Below are positions 17,663 to 24,263 of a stretch of DNA of 24,263 nt, piece after piece; position 1 is the stretch's first letter; every line of letters begins with the position of its first letter. Where the stretch lies: the IMG/VR virus record IMGVR_UViG_3300027743_000484, positions 1-24,263 of that record; one strand, 5' to 3'. The notes under the pieces were generated by a model that was not told the DNA's origin, ran no database searches, and saw nothing but the letters and a program-made list of their open reading frames with translations. This DNA is from a virus (taxonomy: Duplodnaviria; Caudoviricetes). The translations under genes were made by a program, and so were the position numbers.

Positions 17663-19357
17663 CTACGACTCGACGAGCCAGTCCTCGACGGGCTTGGGCG
17701 GCCAGCCTTCGAGCGTGGAGGTGGGCAGCCGACCGCCGAGGAACTCGCGGTCGGTGATGACCCGGTTCTGGCGGCCCACGGGGTTGCTCGACTGGTCGAA
17801 AAACGTGAACGGCGAGGCCGGTGCGGCCACGACCTGCTGGTAGCGGACCATGACCCGTGCCGCCACCGCGAGCGCCATGACCGCGTCGGTCTTGAGCTTG
17901 CGGTCGGCGAGTCGGTAGGCCAGCAACTGGGAGCGCAGCTCCAGCCAGATGCCCGTGCGCGGGAAGCGCAGCTTGCCCTGCTCGATGAGGCCCTTGAGGT
18001 CGGTCAGGATGGTCAGCTTGCGCTGGCCGCGACCCCCGAACTCGACCGCCCGCAGGCCCGTGAGGTCACGCAGCGTGTCGTGGAAGACCTTGCCCCCGAA
18101 GCCCGTGGTGTCAAGGCCCGTGTCGCAGCGCGCACTGCCCTCGTCGTAGGCCAGATGGGTGTCCCGCACGAGGCCCGACACGGCGGTCACGGTCTGCTTG
18201 CCCTGCTTGCGCTGGGCGAGCACCCCGATGGCGGGCTGGCCCGCCACGATCTTGAGCACGACCGACCATGTCGAGTCGTGCGTGAGGGCAGGATCGACCC
18301 CCTGCACGTACCGACCACGCGGCTCGGGCTCCTGTCGGTGGGGCATGCCGTCCACGAAGCAGGCATCGACCGCCCGGGCGTCGAAGAACCCACGCTCGCC
18401 CTCGATGAAGTAGCCGTCGATGTTCTGGGGCACCAGATGTGGCTGCATGCCCGCGACCATCCGGTCGAACAGCTCGTCGCTGATGCCATAGCCCACGTTG
18501 TCGCGGGTGCTCATGCGCATGCTGATGCGGTCGGGGTCGCGCTGGGGGTCGTCGGGGTCGCCCTTGATCCACTGGTCGTGCCACTGGTTGAAGCCCTCGG
18601 ACGGTGTGGACACCATCACGAGCTGGCCACCCGTACTCAGGCGACGAAGGTGGAGCACCTCCTCCACGATGAACTCCAACGCAGGCTCGAAGCCACACTC
18701 GTCGAACGTGATGAGGTGCATGTCGCGCCCCAACTGCGACACCGCCTTCTCGCCCGAGGTACGGAAGGCGATGGTGCCACCACCGAGCACCTCATGCCAC
18801 GAGAAGTCGAGCGCTCCGCGCTGGCCCGTGATGCCCCAGACGCCCTTGCCCATGGCTTCGGTGAGGGGGCAGCCGTGGCTCTGGGCGTAGTGGGTGCCCG
18901 CCATGATGGCCCGGATGTCCTCGGCCACGATCTCGCAGACATCGACGCTGATGCCGAAGTGGTAGGCCGCGAAGCGGCGCTGGGCGTGGGCGTACAGCGC
19001 CCGCTCATCACCTTCGGCGGGTGGCGGGGTGCCGTACTTGTAGAGCGTGCCGTGGAGCAGCAGCACATCCAAGAGCAGGGTCTTGCCCGCACGGTTGCCC
19101 GACGACAGGGCGCAGGTCAGGTAGCGCGGTCGGTGGCCTGTGGCGTCACGCAGCAGCACCGACTCCGCGAAGGCGACCTGTCCCGGGTGGAGGGTGATGC
19201 CAAGGACGCCCTTGGCGAACAGCTCGATGTCGTAGCGCCCACGGCGCAGCGCGTCGGCGAGGTCAGGTGGTGGTGTCCGTGGTGCGGTAGCGGTTCTGGG
19301 GACTGGGGACCGGGATACGATCAGGACGTCGTCCTTCGATGAGTCGCTCGACGGCAC
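17663..19357 (-). CDS. terL: Terminase large subunit
   Basis: LHPGQ adenine-binding motif, Walker A SGNRAGKT, Walker B LITFDE, coupling motif STP, RNase-H nuclease GVDPA ... DTTG ... DAVMALA. Start placed at GTG 19357 (GGAG RBS); the ORF track extends it to 19405. Confidence 0.92.
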   Translation of the reverse strand: MPSSDSSKDDVLIVSRSPVPRTATAPRTPPPDLADALRRGRYDIELFAKGVLGITLHPGQVAFAESVLLRDATGHRPRYLTCALSSGNRAGKTLLLDVLLLHGTLYKYGTPPPAEGDERALYAHAQRRFAAYHFGISVDVCEIVAEDIRAIMAGTHYAQSHGCPLTEAMGKGVWGITGQRGALDFSWHEVLGGGTIAFRTSGEKAVSQLGRDMHLITFDECGFEPALEFIVEEVLHLRRLSTGGQLVMVSTPSEGFNQWHDQWIKGDPDDPQRDPDRISMRMSTRDNVGYGISDELFDRMVAGMQPHLVPQNIDGYFIEGERGFFDARAVDACFVDGMPHRQEPEPRGRYVQGVDPALTHDSTWSVVLKIVAGQPAIGVLAQRKQGKQTVTAVSGLVRDTHLAYDEGSARCDTGLDTTGFGGKVFHDTLRDLTGLRAVEFGGRGQRKLTILTDLKGLIEQGKLRFPRTGIWLELRSQLLAYRLADRKLKTDAVMALAVAARVMVRYQQVVAAPASPFTFFDQSSNPVGRQNRVITDREFLGGRLPTSTLEGWPPKPVEDWLVES

Positions 19358-19835
19358 GAGCGCTCCCGTCGATGACACGCGCAGGCGTGTGCTCACCAGA
19401 GCCACTCAGCAAGCGCGCCAGTCCCATGGCCAGCTCCCGGTCCTGTGCCCGCTCCTCGCGCCGGTCGATCATCTGCTGGGCGATGAGCCCCTGCTGGACG
19501 GTGGGATGGAGGTCCCCATCCTCGACCCGACGGCGCACGTCGTCGCGCACCAGTTCCGCGAGGTCGGGCTTGGCCGCGTAGCCCCCCGCGAGCTGGGCCA
19601 TGAGGTCCCGCTCGGTGGCCGGGAGCCGCGCGATCCAGTGCTCCCTGTGCTTGCTGATGGTCTCGGACTTGGTGGGCCAGTCGAGACCACGCATCTCGCG
19701 CTCGATGAGCGTCGGGTACTTGCCCGAGGCCAGTGCGCGGTCGATGGCCATGCGTCGGTCCTGCTCCCCGACGCATATCCCGCACTCGCCCTTGCCGGGC
19801 CGGTCCTTGGGCTCTCTGGGGAGGGGTGCGGTCAC
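19263..19835 (-). CDS. Putative terminase small subunit / Zn-binding HTH protein
   Basis: Directly upstream of and overlapping TerL. CGIC...KHREH potential Zn ligands around an HTH-like segment, with a coiled C-terminus. GAGGA RBS before GTG 19835 (track start 19892). Confidence 0.6.
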   Translation of the reverse strand: MTAPLPREPKDRPGKGECGICVGEQDRRMAIDRALASGKYPTLIEREMRGLDWPTKSETISKHREHWIARLPATERDLMAQLAGGYAAKPDLAELVRDDVRRRVEDGDLHPTVQQGLIAQQMIDRREERAQDRELAMGLARLLSGSGEHTPARVIDGSARAVERLIEGRRPDRIPVPSPQNRYRTTDTTT

Positions 19836-19892
19836 GGATGGGTCGGTCCTCGTGTGTGATGCCGAGGAGGGGCGACAGGAGGGAGGCATCAC

Positions 19893-20800
19893 ACTCCGTC
19901 TGCCACGACCTCCTCGGTCGGTGCGAGCGTAGCTCAGTCGGTCAAGGGACTACGTCGTCCGTCCTAGACGCTCTCTCTTGGCCTCACATCGCCCCCCGCT
20001 CCTCCCTGCACCCTCCTCACCCCCTCGAAGGGTCTGGGACCCCGGATACAGGGGGTCCCAGACCCCCCTTTCCCACACCCCGGGTCCTACCATCCCCCCC
20101 TCCCCCCCATCCCCCTCGAACCTATGGGGGGTGGGGACCGTCCCTCAACGAAGTTGAGGGACTGGCCCCCCTATGGGTAGGGATAGGGGGAGGGGAGGGT
20201 AGGACCACCATAGGTGGTCCACCCTCTGGGGACATGACATCCCTCTCCCCTATGAGGGGGACGGGGTCGGGTAGGTGGGACGTAGTCCCACCGTACCCTC
20301 CCCCTTCCCTCCGCGCGCGTGCGCGCGTGAGGGGGAGAAGGGTAGGGTCGGTGGCCCCCCATAGGGGGCCACCTCCCCTACTCAGATGGGAGGGCCCCCT
20401 TCGCCTCGGTCGTCGGCGGTGGTCGGGGACCCCCACCTTCGGTGGGGACGGGCTCCCTCGATCCGCCCTGTCCCCTCCGGGGACCGCCTCCTCCCTCGGC
20501 TCGTCCCCCATTGTGCTTGCACATGTCAAGGACAGGGTGTGTCCACAGCTAGGCAGTCTCTGACTGCCGTAGCTTGGACCCACCTATCTGTCCTCCGTGC
20601 GTGCGTCGTGAGCACACACACGCCGTCGGCGCGGTCTTCGCGCGCAAGCTCCCTGCGAGACACACACACAGACCGTTGCTCACCTTCGGTGAGCCGATGG
20701 CCGACCCGATGTGGTGGAATGGAAGCGGCGAACGACCGCCGTTCTCTACCGGCCCCAAAGGGGCTGGCGGCATGGTCAGTCGTCAGGAGGCATCCTTTCC
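19893..20800. promoter_or_regulatory. Non-coding divergence/control region between late (minus) and plus-strand gene blocks, rich in hairpins and G/C tracts
   Basis: No ORF with coding-like composition. Inverted repeats at 20030-20065, 20140-20162, 20202-20220, 20274-20292, 20350-20373, 20431-20447, 20470-20484, 20529-20594 and 20678-20694. Confidence 0.7.
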
Positions 20801-22405
20801 ATGGGAAACGTCGCAACCACACCGGTCCTCTCCGGCAGAGCCGGAGACAGTGGGGTCACGCCATCGAAGATGGCGTCACTCGTGAGCCGTGGCTCTGCCA
20901 CGGAGAAGTGGGGTCACGTCGCCAAGACCCCTGCCACATCGGAGATGTGGACGGTCGAGTTGTTCGGCGATGACGGTTCCACCGTCCATGCCAAGGGTGC
21001 GTTCAACGTCTCCGACGTTGACGACCGATGGTCGGCGGCGACGGTCGCCGTCCATGGTGATGCCAAAGGCATCAGCGTCGAGCGCTTGAACAAGATCATG
21101 CGCCTGCTGACCGACTCCGTCGGATCAGCACCCCGCATCGATCTGTACTGGAGGACCGGCAAGGCCGCTGTCCGATGCCCCGGCTACGCCGGGAGGACGA
21201 ACGTCCCGGTGTTGGTCCGTGGCACCACCCCCCTTGGGGGTGGCGACTGGTCATGGGACCTCGCCACCTTCGGTGGCTCCATCATCAAGCCCGGCAAGCC
21301 CCGCAAGGCACAGACGAAGTCTGTGAAGGCACCGGTCACCCCGGTCATCCCTGCACCGACTCCGTCGGTGGCTCCCAGCCCGGCACCTTCGGTGCCCTCA
21401 CCGAAGCGGGCGGAGCGCAAGGCCGCTCGACGTGCTGCCGCTGCGGAGCAGCGACAGGTCGCAAGCACACCGGTCGAGCCGAAGGCTCGTGAGGTCACGG
21501 CGTCGGGGTCTACGACCCCGGTCATCTTCGCCGATCCGGCGACCATCAAGCCCGGCTTCGCCGTCCACCACGACGCCACGATGCTGGCCGACCTCAAGCG
21601 CGAAGCGAAGCTTCATGCGTCAGGTCGGAGGACCGTCGTGCTGATCTCCGGTCCCACAGGGACCGGGAAGACGCTGACGGCGAAGCATGTCGCGGCAGAC
21701 GAAGGTCTGCCGTTCCTCAAGGTGGACGCCGTTGCCATGGCAACGTTCTTCGACTGGGTCGGCGGCGTTGGCCTCACCTCCGGTGAGGGTGTCCACACCG
21801 AGTTCCAGCCGAGCCTCCTACTGGAGGCTATCCGGGCTGACGGACCGTTCGGTGGCATCCGAAGGATGGTCCTCATCGACGAGGTCAACCGGGTCACCCA
21901 AGGCTCTAGCCTTGGGGCGATCATCCCCATGACGGATGGTCAGGGGACGGTGTACGTACCGGATGCTCGACAGAGCATCCCGGTCGATCCCGCCGTCATG
22001 TGGGTCATGACGGCCAACATCGGCGCTGCTTACAGCAGCGGCACGGTGCAGGTCGATCCGGCGATCATGAACCGGGTCACATCTCACCTTGAGGTGAGAT
22101 ACCCGGCGGCTGTCGCAGAGCGACAGATGCTGGTCGAGCAGGGTGGCTGCACGCAGGGCATCGCAGATGCCCTGATCAAGGCTGCGGCTCAGGTCCGGGC
22201 TGTCTACGACAGCGGTGCCATCGCCACACCGCCTGTCTCTACGAGACAGTTGATCGAGGCTGCGGCGAAGGTCGCCGTCGGGTGTGATCCCGTCCACGCT
22301 TGTGAGTTGGCGTTCGCTCACAACTACTCCGCCGAAGGCGGCAACGACTCCGAACGGGCCAAGGTCATGGTGGCGGTCCGCGCCGTCCTGACCGGGGTTC
22401 GATGA
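20801..22405 (+). CDS. MoxR/CbbQ/CobS-type AAA+ ATPase with an extra N-terminal domain and Pro/Ala linker
   Basis: Walker A GPTGTGKT, Walker B VLIDEVNR, sensor-I MTAN, Arg finger DPAIMNR, sensor-II STRQL. AGGAGG RBS before ATG 20801 (track start 20711). Confidence 0.9.
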   Translation: MGNVATTPVLSGRAGDSGVTPSKMASLVSRGSATEKWGHVAKTPATSEMWTVELFGDDGSTVHAKGAFNVSDVDDRWSAATVAVHGDAKGISVERLNKIMRLLTDSVGSAPRIDLYWRTGKAAVRCPGYAGRTNVPVLVRGTTPLGGGDWSWDLATFGGSIIKPGKPRKAQTKSVKAPVTPVIPAPTPSVAPSPAPSVPSPKRAERKAARRAAAAEQRQVASTPVEPKAREVTASGSTTPVIFADPATIKPGFAVHHDATMLADLKREAKLHASGRRTVVLISGPTGTGKTLTAKHVAADEGLPFLKVDAVAMATFFDWVGGVGLTSGEGVHTEFQPSLLLEAIRADGPFGGIRRMVLIDEVNRVTQGSSLGAIIPMTDGQGTVYVPDARQSIPVDPAVMWVMTANIGAAYSSGTVQVDPAIMNRVTSHLEVRYPAAVAERQMLVEQGGCTQGIADALIKAAAQVRAVYDSGAIATPPVSTRQLIEAAAKVAVGCDPVHACELAFAHNYSAEGGNDSERAKVMVAVRAVLTGVR

Positions 22406-22437
22406 ACCCCGTCAGCACACACACAGGAGGCATCGTC

Positions 22438-24263
22438 GTGTCATCACTCATCCCCACCTTCGGTGGGGACCCCATCCCGTGGGTCACGGACCTTTGGTCC
22501 GGTGCTCTCGACGGTCGGAAGCCCGACGTCGAGCGGTCCCGTGCTGCCTTGGCAGCACTCAACAGCATCGTCGCCGGTCTGTCGGATGACGACCGAACGT
22601 ACTCCGTACGTTTCAGCGGCGATGCCCTCACGACGAACACCCACATCGCCGCCAAGGTCGTGACCGTAGGTCACGGTCCGTTGGGTGATCCCAACCTGAC
22701 CTCCGGTCAGATCGCGGCGATCATGACCGGGCTCGCCTTCCACGAGATCGGCCACATCCGGCACACCCGCAAGGTCGAGCACGTCCTTGACTCCTACGGA
22801 GCCAAGGGGAGCACGCCATGGAAGCGGGCACAGCGTGTGCTCAACCTCGCCGACGACGTTCGTTCCGAACGTCTCAACTGTGTCGAGTTCCCGGGTCTCG
22901 CAGAGACCCTGCCGATCACCCTTCGGTGGATCGGTGAGCGCACCATCAAGCCCGGGATGCAAGCATCCCGGATCAGCACGTCCTTCGGTGTCGGCATCAT
23001 GGCGGTCCGCTACCCCGACTTCGTCGAATGGACGGGTCGCGAGGCGGCTCGCGACTGGTGGCAGGCATGGGCGGAGCGTGCAGCGGTCGCCCACACCATC
23101 CCGGCACTCCGTGCCGTGATGGACGAGGCGCTCGATCACATCGCCGAAGGCGATGACCTCAAGGACGAGCCCACCGAAGGTGGCGATGACGCCACCGAAG
23201 GTGAGGATGAGTCGGAGCCCGGCGATGACGCCACCGAAGGTGGCGACGGTCAGGGTGACGACGCCGATGGCGAGTCCGATGACGCCACCGAAGGTGGCGA
23301 GGGTGACTCCGACGGCGAGGGTGAGTCCGACGATGACGCCACCGAAGGTGGCGAGCAGGGTGAGGGCTCCGATGACGCCGACGGCGACGGCGAGGGTGAT
23401 GCCACCGAAGGTGGCGACAGCGCCGACGGTGAGCCCACCGAAGGTGATGACGATCCGTGGGCCGATGAGTCCGACGGTGATGCCACCGACGGTGAGCCCG
23501 GCGGCTTCAACCCGGGCGAGGCACCGGAACAGGGTTCCGGCCAGCGTGATGGCGATGAGCCCACCGACGGCGAGGATGCCGAAGGCATCGACGCGGAGTC
23601 GATGGTGCAGGACTGCCCCACCGATGCCGCCACCGATGGCACCGAAGGTGACGTGCAGAACGGCATCGACGCTGCCGTGACCATGTCACGGGGCGCGTCG
23701 GGCCACCGCTCCTACACCACCACGCTCACGGACTACCGTGGTCGCACCACGACCTACACGCAGGAGGTCAAGCGCGGCATCCCGGCACGGCGTGGTGGCA
23801 AGGCCACCACGGGTGGCAGTGAGGGCATGAGCTTCCTCCCACCTACGGTGGGTCAGCCCATGAACCCCACGGCCAGTCGGACCCAGCGCCCGACCCTTCG
23901 GGTCGGCGTGAGTCAGGCGCTGGCCGCTGCTATCGCAGCGTCCAAGCATGGTGATCCCCTGCCGACACCGGGTCAGCGTTCGGGTCGGCTCGACCGACAG
24001 CGCTTGCCACGGGTCGCCGGAGGCGACTGCCGTGTGTTCACGAACGTCGTGACGCCGGGACCCACGCGTATCCGGGCCATCGTGCTGCTCGACGCATCAG
24101 GATCGATGGACGCCGGGTCACAAGTGACCCGTGACCACACGGGTCGGGTGTCGGGGCACTTCGGCGCGACGCGTGCCACGGTGGCCGCACAGGTCGGCAT
24201 GGACCTCGCCGGGGCATTCGACCGGATGCGCAACGTGACCGCCGCCATCTACGCCCACAACGT
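22438..24263 (+). CDS. CobT-like VWA-domain protein with N-terminal HExxH metallopeptidase-like domain and acidic linker (runs off right edge; not in ORF track)
   Basis: AGGAGG RBS + GTG 22438, frame open to the edge. HEIGH (22741-22755), N..DD.R.E....FPG, D/E/G linker, SGRLD, MIDAS 'IVLLDASGSMD' (DASGS at 24091-24105). Adjacent to a MoxR-type ATPase. Confidence 0.9.
   Translation, partial: MSSLIPTFGGDPIPWVTDLWSGALDGRKPDVERSRAALAALNSIVAGLSDDDRTYSVRFSGDALTTNTHIAAKVVTVGHGPLGDPNLTSGQIAAIMTGLAFHEIGHIRHTRKVEHVLDSYGAKGSTPWKRAQRVLNLADDVRSERLNCVEFPGLAETLPITLRWIGERTIKPGMQASRISTSFGVGIMAVRYPDFVEWTGREAARDWWQAWAERAAVAHTIPALRAVMDEALDHIAEGDDLKDEPTEGGDDATEGEDESEPGDDATEGGDGQGDDADGESDDATEGGEGDSDGEGESDDDATEGGEQGEGSDDADGDGEGDATEGGDSADGEPTEGDDDPWADESDGDATDGEPGGFNPGEAPEQGSGQRDGDEPTDGEDAEGIDAESMVQDCPTDAATDGTEGDVQNGIDAAVTMSRGASGHRSYTTTLTDYRGRTTTYTQEVKRGIPARRGGKATTGGSEGMSFLPPTVGQPMNPTASRTQRPTLRVGVSQALAAAIAASKHGDPLPTPGQRSGRLDRQRLPRVAGGDCRVFTNVVTPGPTRIRAIVLLDASGSMDAGSQVTRDHTGRVSGHFGATRATVAAQVGMDLAGAFDRMRNVTAAIYAHN
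23172..23650 (+). repeat. Eight copies of CACCGAAGGTG (T-E-G) in the acidic linker
   Basis: Copies start at 23172, 23193, 23232, 23286, 23340, 23403, 23436 and 23640. Confidence 0.9.

Larger units (their letters stand above)
20030..23906. repeat. Dispersed array of short perfect inverted repeats with C-NNN-G triloops (mostly GNA/TNC, some ANA/TNT)
   Basis: At least 35 read by eye, in both non-coding and coding DNA. See findings for coordinates. Confidence 0.85.

Noticed and set aside
19893-20800. tRNA gene in the intergenic region
   Set aside because: No cloverleaf with T-loop GTTCRA and matching acceptor stem was found by eye.
19733-20973. Pro/Gly/Arg-rich ORFs across the divergence region
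   Set aside because: Composition reflects G/C tracts and hairpins; no RBS or codon bias. Treated as non-coding up to 20800.
23172-23650. Palindromic repeats as a CRISPR array
   Set aside because: Repeats are only 11-15 bp, irregularly spaced, in-frame within a CDS, with similar low-complexity spacers and no cas genes.
23153-23684. Repeat ORFs 'MTPPKVA' (+) and Ser/Pro-rich (-)
   Set aside because: Alternative frames of the acidic linker in the VWA gene, whose frame carries HExxH and MIDAS motifs.
20030-23906. Hairpins as intrinsic terminators, REP elements or DGR cruciforms
   Set aside because: No U-tracts, both orientations, inside ORFs, arms not a single repeat family. No reverse transcriptase, TR/VR pair or transposase in the window.
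20801-24263. Cobalamin biosynthesis (cobS/cobT) annotation
   Set aside because: No cobN or other cob genes; phage homologues are generic MoxR/VWA pairs, so no gene symbols were assigned.

Overview
High-GC tailed dsDNA phage (Caudoviricetes) segment; host not identifiable from sequence alone. Positions ~1-19,900 form one minus-strand morphogenesis operon: terminase small subunit candidate, terminase large subunit, portal, two tiny genes not correctly called in the ORF track, a 1202-aa and a 2648-aa giant protein (probable internal/ejected virion proteins; the larger carries HExxH-peptidase and ADP-ribosyltransferase-like motifs), scaffold, N4-gp56-type major capsid, head-tail adaptor, distal-tail-like protein and a truncated tail protein. 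A ~900-bp highly structured non-coding divergence region follows. On the plus strand are a MoxR/CbbQ-type AAA+ ATPase and a truncated HExxH + acidic linker + VWA (CobT-like) partner. The standout observation is that ~20,000-23,900 is carpeted, inside coding sequence too, with dozens of short perfect inverted repeats with different arms but a shared C-(GNA/ANA)-G triloop, apparently maintained by synonymous codon choice. A probable nested +1-frame gene also sits inside the giant protein gene. All family assignments are by motif reading and gene context; no searches were run.
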